From positions 44,077,783-44,141,782 of the forward strand of contig NC_068983.1 of assembly GCF_001194135.2 (NCBI RefSeq): DNA of 64,000 nucleotides. Direction: 5' to 3'. Shown here piece by piece: positions 1 to 12,586 of this stretch. Each line of letters opens with the position of its first letter. The stretch's first letter is position 1. Under the pieces are notes generated by a model that saw only the letters and a list, made by a program, of their open reading frames with translations, was not told the origin of the DNA and did no database searches. A program made the translations under genes and the position numbers. Origin of the DNA: Octopus bimaculoides. Lineage: Eukaryota.

Positions 1-794
1 TGGTCTTGGAATTGAAACCACAGTCTTGCAATTGTGAGGGCAACAAGCTTACTTCTAGGCCACGCTCAATGACTGTGTAAAATATTGCATAAAGCATCCA
101 TGTTGACATCATGTAAGAACATGGAATCTGGTGTTGCCTTTGACCTTGATAGCTCTTGCCCAACCCAGGCCAGCAAGGAAAACAGATGATGATAATGAAG
201 ACCCTGTTATATTTGTTCATTAATTTTGTTCTTATTAATCCTTATATTCAGATCTGATTGGGTGACCAATCTATTGAGAATTTCTATATGTCCTTGAGGT
301 ACAAAGGAGGCTTTTGGTGGTGAGGTAGGGGAGAATGTCGGCATGCTATCAGTGGTGGTGGTGGTGGTGGTGGTTGGTTTTAGTTGGGGCGTAATTAAAA
401 TTGTGTTCAGCCATGGACATCCCATCTTATCTTTTAGATGCAATTAATCTTCACTTCATTACCAATGTGTCCTTTGTTTTTATTAAAGGGTATTTTAGTT
501 GTTATTTCTAGCATGGTAGGTAACTACATAAATGCTGCCTAATTGGTACATATGTATACAAGACAATAGGATGTTATTTGAGGTGGGTTTAGCTGCTATT
601 TCTTGCAGGTGAACTGTGGATAAGGCAATATTAGCAATGGGTAGGGAATGATATATATATTTAGGAAGGGCATCCAGCCATAGGAACCATACCAAATCAG
701 ACAGGAACTTGGTGCAGCTCTCTGGCTTACCAGTTCCAGTCAAACCATCTGATCCATGCCAGCATGGAAAGCAGACACTAAATGATAATGAGGA

Positions 795-1133
795 TGATCT
801 GGTACTTGTGCCAGTGGCACGTGAAAATACATTTGAGCGAGTTCGTTGCCAGTACCGCTGGACTGGCTCCTGTGCAGATGGCACGTAAAATACACCATTT
901 CGAGCATGACCATTGCCAGTACCTCCTGACTGGCCTTCGTGCCAGTGGCACGTAAAAGCACTCACTACACTCTCGGAGTGGTTGGCGTTAGGAAGGGCAT
1001 CCAGCTGTAGAAACTCTGCCAAATCAGATTGGAGCCTGGTGTTGCCGCCCGGTTTCACCAGTCCTCAGTCAAATCGTTCAACCCATGCTAGCATGGAAAG
1101 CGGACGTTAAACGACGACGATGATGATGATGAC

Positions 1134-1165
<32 letters not shown>
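795..1165 (+). mobile_element. 3' tail of an RTE-like LINE ending in (GAT)n; the dominant repeat of the window
   Basis: Consensus ggcacgtaaaagcacccactacactc...ggcgttaggaagggcatccagctgtagaaac...catggaaagcggacgttaaacgatgatg. More than 20 copies on both strands (e.g. 1720-1860, 2810-3105, 6500-6760, 26310-26790, 35555-35935, 42310-42545, 45235-45580). RT-coding fragments run into sequence of this family at 9060-9500 and 29290-29960. Confidence 0.75.
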
Positions 1166-1204
<39 letters not shown>

Positions 1205-1439
1205 GTGTGTGTTTTATATATTTGTGTGTGTGTGTATATATGTGTATGTACGTGTGCGATTACATATAAAATTGTGTGTGCATACGCATGCATGCACGCA
1301 CACACATGAAATAAGGTTTGCCACATATGGCAGATTTATGGCTATTGTGCATTGTGAGATTGAACAGGTGAGGTGTAAGGTGGAGTAGCAGCAGCAGCAG
1401 CTATGAAAGGGACCCAAAGTGTAAAGTAGGATAAATGAA

Positions 1440-1560
1440 TGATAGGGCGGGGTGTTTCCTGCGTACCGGTGTGGCCTGCTGTTTTATTACTGGACATCAA
1501 AAGATTTGATTTATTTGACCAGTGGAGAAATAAAATAATTCACTTTTGGTCACGCCCCCT
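1440..1560. promoter_or_regulatory. Candidate promoter patch upstream of the RBIS-like gene
   Basis: Non-repetitive stretch containing CpGs, a GGGCGGGG GC box and a CACGCCCC motif, about 1.7 kb upstream of the first coding exon. Confidence 0.25.
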
Positions 1561-2509
1561 TATTAAATATATTTTATGTCAAAACACAGAATTATCAAAG
1601 CTTTAAGGGCAGTTTATAAACTGGGTTTTTTTAATAAATAATTGTGGTTGTTGTTATAGTTGTTTAACCTTGTGTCAACTCTGATCTCACAGACCTATTA
1701 CAACCATGATCATGATCATCATCATCATCGTTTAACGTCCGCTTTCCATGCTAGCATGGCTTGGACAATTTGACTGAGGACTGGTGAAACCAGATGGCTA
1801 CACCAGGCTCCAATCTGATTTGGCAGAGTTTCTACTGCTGGATGCCCTTCCTAACGCCAATCTTGGACTACATTATCAAATCTTTTATTTATTATTTGCT
1901 TCATCCATTAGACTGCGGCCATGCTGGGGTACTGCCTTGAAGAATTTTACTTAAATGAATCGACCCCAGTACTTTACTTCTTTTTTTTAATGACTTGTAT
2001 TTATTTTATCAGTATCCTTTGCAGGGCTGTTAAGACACCAACACTGGTTGTTAAGTTGTGATGGGGGACAAACACACACGCACACACACACACACACAAT
2101 GGGCTTCTTTCAGTTTCCGTCTACCAAATCCATTCTCAAGGCTTTGGTCATCTATAATAGAAGACACTCAGTCAAAGTGTCATGCAGTGGGACTGAACCT
2201 GGAACTATGCGGTTGGGTAATAAACTTCTTACTGCAGGGCCATGCTTGTGAACTACCTTTTTTTGTGTTGGTTAACCCCCTCAACCAGACAGACATCATA
2301 ATTGTCATGTTTTAATGTTGACTTTTCCATACTGACATGGATCAGATAAAATTCATTGAAGCAGATTTTCTTTGGGAAGATGCCCGTCCTGCCACCAACC
2401 CTCCTTTGTTTCCAAGCCAGACAGGGTTTCATGTCAGAGTGGAAACTTATGACATTGGTTGTATGACAGTGATGCTCATTTGCACCTACCACATGAGCTG
2501 AAGAATGCT

Positions 2510-2554
<45 letters not shown>

Positions 2555-3241
2555 AGTTTCTTTCAGTTTCTGTCTACCAAATCCACTGACAAGACTTTGG
2601 TTGGCTTGTGGCTATAGTTGAGGACATGTGCCAAGGTGCCATGCAATGGGACTGAAGCCAAATCATGTGGTTAGGAAGCAGACTTCTTAACCTCACAGCC
2701 ACACTTGCACCTCATCATCACCATAATAATAATAATAATGATGATGGAGGCAGAGTGGCTGAGTTCCTTTAGAGCATTGGACCTCATGGAAGCAAAGTGA
2801 CTGAGTTCCTTTCAAGTGTTTGGCTTCAAGGAGGCAATGACCAAGACCTTTGTGCTTGAGAAGAAGACCCATCAAGCTGAGCAAAGTTGCAGTCGTGGCA
2901 GATACTGGTGTCATGCAAAAGGCACTTATGCTGGTGGCATGTAAAAGCACCCATTACACTCTTGGAGTGGTTGGCGTTAGGAAGGGCATCCCGCCATAGA
3001 AAACCATGCCAAATTAGACTAGAGTCTGGAGCAGCCTTCCAGCTTACCAGCCCTGGTCAAACAGTCTGATCTGTGCCAGCATGGACAACAGATGTTAAAT
3101 GATGATGTGATGATTATTGTTATATAGACATCTGAAACAACTAACATTAAACCTTGTCTCATTCTCTCTCCCTCTCTCATTCTTTGACTCACTCTCTTTT
3201 ATATATTAACTTTAGGTTCTTGTAGCTGACTGAGAACAAAC

Positions 3242-3346
3242 ATGGGTAAACACAAGCACAACAAGAAAAATCGAGTGATGGTTCCGAATAAGAAGTGTGG
3301 TGTTCGGAAAACTTGTACGAAACCTGTAACTACAAATCTGAAGAAG
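3242..3346 (+). CDS. RBIS: RBIS/C8orf59-like ribosomal biogenesis factor, first coding exon (MGKHKHNKKNRVMVPNKKCGVRKTCTKPVTTNLKK)
   Basis: ATG at 3242 follows a pyrimidine tract with acceptor AG at 3214-3215 or 3224-3225. The exon ends AAG|gtaagc in phase 0. The basic N-terminus and KPVTTNLKK match human RBIS as I recall it. Confidence 0.85.
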
Positions 3347-3365
3347 GTAAGCAATTTCAATCACT

Positions 3366-3596
3366 TTAACCCTTTTGTTATCATACTTCTGTTGAAATAC
3401 ACTGTTGTTGTTTCAATTAATTCTGAAAATAATGAAGAATTTAATAAAATAACTTTGTCATTATGAAGCTGATGTTTGGAAATGTAACTTAAAACAAAAT
3501 TTTGATGGAAGGTTTTAATTTAGATTACTTTAAAATAGGATGTTTGTGTCCTAAAATCAGGATCAGTCACAGGTGGGTTGGGGTCCAAAGGGTTAA
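3366..3596. mobile_element. piggyBac-like MITE, family E
   Basis: Termini TTAA-CCCTTT...AAAGGG-TTAA. Related copies near 10150-10540, 28590-28790, 53360-53570 and 62140-62310. Confidence 0.7.
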
Positions 3597-3804
3597 TAAT
3601 TCAACAAATAACGGAAGAGTTAAACAGCAGCTACATTAGCTCACTCAGACTGTGTTAACACCTCCAACACATGACAGCATGGAAAGCAGATGTAAAATGA
3701 TGATGGTATCTATACTATTAGCATCACCTGTAAAGGGAATATTTAGAATGTATCTATAATCCTAACTTCATCTATACAGTGTATATATATGTATGTATGT
3801 GTGA

Positions 3805-4826
3805 GATCTATTCCATCTCAATCACAGATTTTTTAATTAATTTTTTTTAACTAAACAGTTTGAAACTTCGAATACTGGTAGAATTTCTCGCGTAGAACAC
3901 GGTTTACTCTAAACATTTTTGACAAAATTTCATATTTTAGAAGTTAGTTTGTGTTAAAGTTGTCGTATTTGGGTAATTTCAACCAATCAATGACATGTAT
4001 TTGGTTGAAGAAAGCTACTGCTGTTTGCGATAGTAATCAAAGAGGAACAAATTCCGAGTCATCTCTACTAAATGTCACCACTCTGTTCTATTTGTACGGC
4101 AGGTGAAGATGATGTCACCTTTATCCTTTCTTCCTTTCTAGTCAGCACCGTGCATTCCTTACTCTTTCCCTCCCTTCTGCACTAGCAACCAGCGAGCGAA
4201 CTTGTCACTGCCACTGCAATTACCGTATTTTCCGGTGTAAGCCGCTATTTATTTTGTTTTGATAATGTTATTTTTTTTATCTAATAAAGACTTTTATATT
4301 GACGAAATGTGTTTGTTGTTGATTATAGTAAGATAAAATCATGACAATAACAATACATCTCATAGTTGTAATATAAGACATTTTGAAACTACATATACTT
4401 CAACAACAAAAAAGATAACTGCAGACTTGTTGCTCTATAGGTCTTTTGAACACCGGTGTGCTTTATATGTGATAAAACACCAATGTTGGGCAAGCAAATA
4501 AATATATGTAAATAGTTTTTCTTCCTTCTTCGTGTTGATTCTTTGAATGGAGTGGTGACATTTAGTGGAGATGACCCAGCAGTCGTTCCTCTTCGAATTC
4601 TATCGCAAACAGCAGTAGTTTTCTTCAACTGAATACACGTCGTTGATTGGTTGAAATTACCCAAATACGACAACTTTAACATGCAATAACTTCTAAAATA
4701 CAAAATTTTGTCAAAAACGTTCTGAGTAGTCTGTGTTCTATGCGAAATTCTACCAGTATTTGAAGTTTCAAACTGTTTAGTTAAAAAAAATTAATCAAAA
4801 AATCCGTGATTGAGATGGAATAGATC
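3805..4826. mobile_element. Non-autonomous foldback DNA transposon with long terminal inverted repeats, in RBIS intron 1
   Basis: Arms 3805-4083 and 4550-4826 (about 280 bp) are imperfect reverse complements, starting gatctattccatctcaatcac and ending gtgattgagatggaatagatc. Confidence 0.8.
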
Positions 4827-7348
4827 CTATGTATGTCTGTATGTAAGGCTCAAAGCACCGCCCTCCCAGCTGAAGGGGTTTTTGCTTTGCAATTTACTTG
4901 GTGACCCTGTCCATGCTGGTGCCACGTATAAAGCACCCAGATGCATTAGGAAAGGCATCCGAAACCATGCCAAAACAGACTATGGAACCTGGTGCAAGCT
5001 CAGACTGTCAGACTGTCCAACGCTTGCCAGCATGGAAAATGGACATTAAATGATATCTACACTATTAACATCTTCTATAGTGTGTGTATATATATAGTAA
5101 ATTGAAAAAAAACGAAGAACAAACACAAAAAAAACAGCAACACGAGGACGTGGTACTTGTAAAGTATTAGCAGACGCTCATATATATATATATATATACA
5201 TACACACACATATACATACAGTATTTCTATCTATACTATTAGCCTTGTCTATATACTGTATATATTTTCAATATTTAGGTATACACTATTAATGACATCT
5301 TTGGAGTGTGTAAATATTTACCTTATATTTATCTAGTCTTAACCTCATCTATACAGTGTATCATCTTCATATACACCACTGTCACTTCCACTATCTCTGC
5401 CACCACCACCACTACCATCATCATCATTATCACTGCTACCACCATCACCATCTGTCTGTCTGTCTGTCTTTTCCCATTGCTTCCATATTTGCCATACATA
5501 TGTGGTGAATAAAATATTTACTGCTTCAAACCAGACACCTCTTTCCTTCTATTCAGATCCCATAAGATATTGATTTTTTTTAACAATCAAAATGAATTGA
5601 TCTTATCAGGCCTGATTTGAAACCTGATTGCTAACATGACTAAGCTCTACTGATACATTGCACACAGTTGTCTCTTGTGAAGAAGTCAGGGAATCTTAGC
5701 TGAGTTTAGGAGTATCGGGTACAAACCCATGGATAATATGTCTCGCATTGTCAGTGAAGCAAATCTGAAGATCTCACCACAAGCCATGTTGAAGTTTTTG
5801 GTGAAATTAATATCTCTGATTTGTAATCCAGATTTTGTGAATGTAGAGGGGCGTGGAGAAAGAGAGAGAAATAGAGAGAGGGTGCGTGTGTGTATCTCTT
5901 GTGAATGATCCTGGGTGTGTCTATCTTTACTCTCTCTCTCATAAAACATATATATATACATGTATACACATGTATATACATGTATACACATCTGTAATTT
6001 TAGCTGTAATAGAGAAACGGGAATTAATAACATTTATCTATTTTGTCTCTCCTTTCTCTCTCTCTCTCTCTGTGATGAGTGACTCTCTATTACAATAACA
6101 CCAGTAACAAAACTTGTGAAGTATTGATTGTTTGTTTGATAGGGACTGGCGTGTAGAACAATTGAATTTACTCAGCTCCACCCTGCTGCCATTGTTTTTT
6201 TGTTGCAAGAGAGTTTCTTTTGTGGTGGTAGTTGTTGCATCGATAGTGTTGTGGTTGCAGTTGTATTGTTCAGTGTCTTGACAGTCTTTGTTGAAGTAGA
6301 GCTTGGCTATGAAACCAATCTGAGCTCTTATCAGCCCAGTCCATTTAGATATAAGCAGGTATCATGTTGATGTACACTGTAAGCAGAGGGAGCACTATAT
6401 CATTGTCAAGATCTCAAATCCTGCTGTGGGATCCATCTGAAGGAGATCGATAATTCCTTACCTGAAGTGGAAATGACTTAGTGCATATGTATATATATGT
6501 GCTGGTGGCAAGTAAAAAGCACCATTTGAGCATGGCTGATGCCAGTGCTGCTTGGCTGGCTCCTGTGCCGGTGGTACATAAAAGCACCCGCTACACTCTT
6601 GGAGGGGTTGGCGTTAGAAAGGGCATCCAGCTGCATATACCTTGCCAAATCAGATTGGAGCCTGGTGCAGCTTCCTGGCTTGCCAGTTCTCAGTCAAACC
6701 GTCCAACCCATGCCAGCATGGAAAGCAGGCGTTAACCGACGACGATGACAGTGATGATGATATATATATATATACACACACACATACAGTTTGCCTTCTT
6801 ACTCACCATTCCCTCGGCTCAAGATCATTGTCTACTCTCTGTTCTGCTTTCCCTCAGTTACAGAGGTCACTTACGAGCTTTAGCCTTTATGAGACAATCA
6901 TCATAAGTGTTGGTGTAATCGAAAAAGTACCCAATACATTCTGAGTTCATTACACGGTAGCACATTGTGTCCTCGAGCAAGACACTTTATTTCATATTGC
7001 TCCAGTCTACTCAGCTGGCAAATATGAGTAGTGCCTATATTTCAGAGGGCCAGCCTTGTCACATTATGTCATGCTGAATCTCCCTGACACTACATTAAAG
7101 GTATGCATGTCTGTACAGTGCTCAGCCACTTTCATGTTAATTTCACAAGCAGGCTGTTCTATTGATCAGATCAACTGGAACACTCACCGTAACTGACAAA
7201 GTGCCAGTTATCCTTCCATACGTACATAGTTATATATATGCATATATATATTATCCATGCTTTCTACTAACACTTTGTTTTGTTGAATTTACTGGAAAAG
7301 TGTTTTTGTTAGAATATGAAATTAATGTTGTTCTTCTATTTGTTCCAG

Positions 7349-7450
7349 TTGGTCAACAAAGCCAAAACACAGACTGATTCCATGAATGAGAACATAGATG
7401 AGATGCGTTCCATTATGCTGCAACAAAAAACAGAAACACTGAAGCCAAAG
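7349..7450 (+). CDS. RBIS: RBIS-like second coding exon (LVNKAKTQTDSMNENIDEMRSIMLQQKTETLKPK)
   Basis: Acceptor ttctatttgttccag, 102 nt open in phase 0, donor AAG|gttaga. It is in frame with both neighbouring exons. Confidence 0.8.
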
Positions 7451-7535
7451 GTTAGACAATACTTTTAATGTTAGTCAGAATCTTGAATCTGTGTTGAAGT
7501 TGTAACAGAATTAATGCCTTCAGATTCTACATAGA

Positions 7536-7745
7536 AGTGATATCTTGGGGTTATAGACACAGGTGGTGTCTTGGGGTTACACGCAGGTGTTTTGGGGTTA
7601 AATACACAGGTGATATCTCGGGGTTATAGACACAGGCAGTGTCTTGGGACTGCACAAATGGGTGAATTGAGGTTAAGCATGCAGCTGGTGTCTTGGGAGG
7701 GTATCCTCAGCTGATGTCTTGGGTATTGACAGGTGATATTTTGTG
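7536..7745. repeat. Degenerate minisatellite, unit of about 22-24 bp (caggtgrtrtcttggggttatagaca)
   Basis: About 7-8 imperfect copies in RBIS intron 2. Confidence 0.75.
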
Positions 7746-8751
7746 ACTGTACACTCATCTTGAAATGGTACACCCTGATGCTTAAGGCAAGACTAATACC
7801 TCCGATTTCAGACAGCAACATCTCAGAAATTCATTAAAATGTGGATATTTTCCTTTTGTAGTTGGGCATTGTTGCAAAATCAACCATTTTCAGTGATTTT
7901 GTGTTTTTCTCAAAATAATATTTCTGACTATGAGTAGCAATCTTTAGGTCATGATATCTCCGAGAATAATTGATGTTATAGGCTGAAATTTTGCATGTGT
8001 ATTACTTTGATACTTGCCTAGATACTGTTCTAGTGTGATTAGATACACTTCATTTGTTCATCTTCCAGAGACACTTGAATTGAATGCTACTATCCAGGGG
8101 TTAAAAACGCTTGGAACTGCTGCATATGGCTACAAGCGACCCCACAATGAAATCTAGGCCAACTTCATCAATGTTTTTGATTCAGCATCTAGTCTGTACC
8201 CCAATCTGTTGGCATTCCAAGTTAGAGCGTATTAGCTTTGATAGTTTGGTAGAAAAATTGATCTAAAATAAGCCTTGTTGGTCATTTTGAATTTATAATT
8301 AGGTCATGAATAGATAATGTGGAAATTTGAATATTATGTTTTTTCATGGAACTAACATTATTCTTGATATATGCCATATTTGGTTTGCCTGGGTTTTATT
8401 CCCGCTGAGTGAGAGCATCTTCAATTTAGGCGTGTTTTCCTATGTCTTAGGTGTTAGTCTTGCCTTAGGGCTATACTTGGGTAGTTGTCTCAGATGTGTA
8501 CAACCAGCTCACATCTTGAGTATTATTTTAGGAACGAACAGTTAGCTCCTAAGGTGTGTACTGCTAATTCAAAACTTAGAACACTTGGGTGGTATCTCAC
8601 TGCAGTACTTCAACCAGATGTCACCATACACACAGAAAATTCAGACTTGTAACAAGTGAAGTGAGAGCTAAAATCTAAAAGAATTTAAGAATTTGCAGTA
8701 TTTGAATGTTACCATTATCAGTGATTCAAAGACTCTTTGTATTTCTGCCAG

Positions 8752-8841
8752 GTTGTATCTCCTCCAGTAAAGACAACCCATACCTCTGATAAAGAAATCG
8801 AGGAAGTTGAGAATATGATGAATGGCATCTTACAGTCGTGA
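8752..8841 (+). CDS. RBIS: RBIS-like third coding exon (VVSPPVKTTHTSDKEIEEVENMMNGILQS*)
   Basis: Acceptor ttgtatttctgccag, phase 0, TGA at 8839-8841. The joined protein is 98 aa, close to the roughly 100 aa of vertebrate RBIS. Confidence 0.8.
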   Translation, partial: VVSPPVKTTHTSDKEIEEVENMMNGILQS

Positions 8842-9059
8842 CAAAGTAAGGTTACCTTTTTTTTTTTTATCCGTTCCATTTGATCTAAATTCTTCTCTGC
8901 CTTTCAAGTAGAAAGTGCTCCAAATTTTAAATGAATTAATTATAATGGACATTATAACATTCAGTTCAAGACAGAAAATGAATTGTAACAGGTCCACTAT
9001 GTCCTGCATTGATGTTTATATCATCTGAGGAAATGCTCCAAATAAGTAAATAAGAGTGA

Positions 9060-9500
9060 AAGGCAGATTGTTTGATTCCTGTGTGCAAGCAGCTACGCTG
9101 CGTGGTAGTGAAACATGGGCTGTGACCACCAAAGACATGCATAGGCTTGAAAGAAATGAAGCCAGTATGCTTTGCTATATATGCTATGTCAGTGTGCATG
9201 TTCGAGTGTAAGCATCTTGAGAGAAAAGTTAGGCATAAGAGGCATCAGATGTGGTGTGTAAGAGAGACGACTGCACTGGTATGGTCATGTGATGCATATG
9301 GATGAGGGCAGCTGTGTAAAGAAGTGCCGGTCTTTAACTGAAGGGAACCTGTGGTAGAGGTAGACCCAGGAAGACATGGAATGAGGTGGTGAAGCATGAT
9401 CTTCAAACTTAAAGCCTCACAGAGTCAATGACTAGTGACCGAGAGACATTTGGCGATGTGCTGTGCTTGAGAGGACCCATCAAGCCAAGTGCACCCGTGC
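9060..9500 (+). mobile_element. Degenerate RTE-clade LINE, C-terminal RT region
   Basis: Interrupted translation GSETWAVTTKDMHRLERNEASML...RRLHWYGHVMHMDE...GRGRPRKTW is a typical RTE ORF end. Confidence 0.75.
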
Positions 9501-11776
9501 TGGTGGCATGCAAAGAGCATCTTTTGAATGTTGGGCTTCATGGAGGTAAAGTTCCTTTCAAATGTTGGGCCTCATGGAGGCAATGACCGAGACCTGTGTG
9601 GTTAAGAAGTTTCCTTCCCAAACACATGGTTTGGGGTTCAGTTCCACTGTGTGACTGTTTGGACAAGTGTTTTCTACTCTGGTCTGAGGACATCCAATGC
9701 CTTGTGAGTGAATTTGGTGGATGGAAAGTTGTATGTCGTATGTTTGTATAAGTTTGTGTGTCTCCTTTATCATCTGCTAATTTTCAACAAATTCACCTTT
9801 CACATCAGTTGTGACTTTTGTTTGCAGTCGTCTGTGAAAATATGTGCAGACTAAAGGGGAATGTTCGATTGTTTGGAAACAGGTGAAGATTTGCAACAGG
9901 AAGAATGTCCAGCCATAGAAAATCTGCCTTAACGAATCCTGTCTAACCCATGCAAGCATGGAAAAGTGGGCATTAATAACAATGAGATGTCTTTTTTACA
10001 TAAAGAAAGGGCATACTTACCTACTGGTACATAGCAGAATAATTGACAAGGTCATTAGAACTTAAACAAGAGAGAGAGAGATCTAACTCAATATTGCTGT
10101 GTATTGTCTTGTTTTCTGTTGTTTCTGCCAACTTCATTTCTCTGCTTTGAAATATTGTAGTCCATGTTTTCATATTTCTGTTGAAATCCACTGCCTCAGT
10201 TACAGTTAATTTCGAAAATAATTAAGAATTTAGTAAAAATAACTTTCATTATTAAACTGGTGTTTAGAACATAAATTGATGTGGAATTTTGAAAAAAGGT
10301 TTTAATTTAGATCACTTCAACTTCTTGTTGCCATATTTCTGTTGAAACCTGCTGCCTTTGTTTCAAATAATTTTCAAAATAATGGAGTGTTTATTGAATT
10401 AACTTTGTAAATTGTTTGATGTTTGGAATGTAAGTTAACTTAAAATTCTGATGAAAAACTTCAACCTCAGTCATTTTAAAAACTGGAAGTTTATATCATA
10501 AAGCCATAGTAGTCTCAAGTAGGTTGGTATGAAAAGGGTTAAACAATAGCCCTTTATTCTTTCCATATCTCAAGAAAATATTAAAAAATGATATATCTTC
10601 TTCAGCATAGAAGCATCAGATAGTTTCTTTTTTGAAAGATTGAGGAAAACAATTTAAAACAATATTTCATATTTTCTGCAATTTTCAGTTTTATTTTTAC
10701 TGTGAGAAGTATTGTACGAAGTATCACCACACCCTACTTAAATAAAGTCACATTTGCAGTTCTTCTGTTCTCTTGGTGATGCCACAAATTATTCCTTTAT
10801 CAATTCTGTTCTATTTTGACTTCACAGCAATTTTTATTTAAGCATTTGGTCCAACATCTGTTGTGTAGATTGTCTGTAAACGCAAGTTTTATATAAATAT
10901 ATGACACACAAGGGAATTATGACAACTATCTGAGTTTAGTTATCAGTATGATGTTAGCTAGCTCTGGCTATGTTTCCTAACATAAGTAATAAAATGGAGG
11001 TGTGTGTGTGTGTGAGTACACAGTAAAATGAAGTACATATTGTGGTTTTAAAAAGAAGGACCTTAGATCAAAAATAAGATTGAGATTCTAAGTCAGGGAC
11101 TTTGGGACCATAGAAATATTTCAGCTCTTAAGTAAAGGGTTTTAAGTTATCACAGGGCTTTTGATATCATACACAGGATTGAGGTTTTGAGTGTGGGCTT
11201 TTGAGACAGCTGATTGGATGTAAGTTTTAAGTGAAGGGCCTTGAGGCAACAGAGAGGATTGTGGTTGTGAATGAGAGGCTTTATGACTATAAAAAGAATC
11301 GAGGTTGTAAATGAGAGCCTTTGAGACAACTGAAATTATTGAGATTTTAAGAGAAGATTGAGGTTTCATGTGAGGGCTTTTGAGATAATAAAGAGGATTA
11401 TTGATATTTTAAGTGAGATATTTTGAGGTCTGAGAGACTAAACTTTATCTTTTTTTAATTTATTTCCAATCTAGTCTGCACTATATCTTCATTAACCTTC
11501 CAATTAATACATCACAGAGTTAGTTGTTAGATCATCTGAATGCAATGCCTTCCACACGCAACTCAAATCCCATCAAGATTAGCTTCATCTTTCATCTTTC
11601 CAGAGTCAATAATTAAATCCCCAGTGTTGGGCAGTGGACTGAGGAATCATTAGAGCATATCACTGCTCTGGCATCTCAACCTTCTTTCTGACTACTCCTC
11701 CCCTTATAGTGCAGGATAGTCATGTATCTCCTCTATAGCAAGACTCCTGTGTTTGTCCCTCTATCATACACTAGAT

Positions 11777-11987
11777 CAGTGGTTCTCAACTCTTTTTTTG
11801 CCTATGGACCCCTTTCATTCCTATTCTACTCAAATGACCCCCATAACCATTTGATGCTTAAAAAAAACTCCTATTATATTTTTTTAATTAAATATCATTA
11901 GGAATTGTATAAAAGAAGTATGACCAATTTATTGTACGTAGACTTTAACAACAAAATCTTATGTGACCCCTGGGTTGAAAACCACTG
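11777..11987. mobile_element. hAT (Charlie-like) MITE
   Basis: Termini CAGTGGTTCTCAAC...GTTGAAAACCACTG. No clean 8-bp target duplication seen. Confidence 0.7.
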
Positions 11988-12381
11988 ATTGAATCTCAAC
12001 ACTTGACATTGCAAATGTAAACAAACACTCACTGATAGCCATGGTTGTGTGGTTAAGAAGTTTGTTTCCCAACCATAAAGTTTTGGGTTCAGTCTCGCTC
12101 CATGACCCCAGAGCTGACTAAAGCCTTGTGAGCAAATTTGGTAGACGGAAACTCAATGAAAGCCAGTCATGTATGTATGTATGTATGTGTGTGTATTCCG
12201 TATTCCCGAGCGTCATACTAATACATCCTTTTGTTATTTACACCACCTGTCCTCGTCTGTTGTTGTTTTTTCGTATATTCTCCCATATATATATATATAT
12301 ATATATTTGTGTGTGTGTGTTTGTGCCCCCCTCCCCCATTGCTTAACAACTGGTGCTGGTTTGTTTATGACATTGTGACAT

Positions 12382-12555
12382 NNNNNNNNNNNNNNNNNNN
12401 NNNNNNNNNNNNNNNNNNNNNNNNNNNNNNNNNNNNNNNNNNNNNNNNNNNNNNNNNNNNNNNNNNNNNNNNNNNNNNNNNNNNNNNNNNNNNNNNNNNN
12501 NNNNNNNNNNNNNNNNNNNNNNNNNNNNNNNNNNNNNNNNNNNNNNNNNNNNNNN
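12382..12555. other. Assembly gap (N run); a second short gap lies at 26665-26674
   Basis: Runs of N in the sequence. Confidence 1.

Positions 12556-12586
<31 letters not shown>

Noticed and set aside
795-960. CRISPR-like repeat-spacer array or HDV-like ribozyme in the hairpin modules
   Set aside because: The modules are contiguous imperfect repeats without unique spacers, in eukaryotic DNA, and I could not fit the HDV nested pseudoknot.
495-1058. 187-aa ORF and similar ORFs (26312-26782, 45298-45660)
   Set aside because: They are translations of the repeated LINE 3' tail and recur in many copies.
1340-1375. 5'UTR exon donor (GAACAG|gtgagg) for RBIS
   Set aside because: The donor is good but lies upstream of the candidate promoter patch and next to microsatellites, so it cannot be assigned without transcript data.
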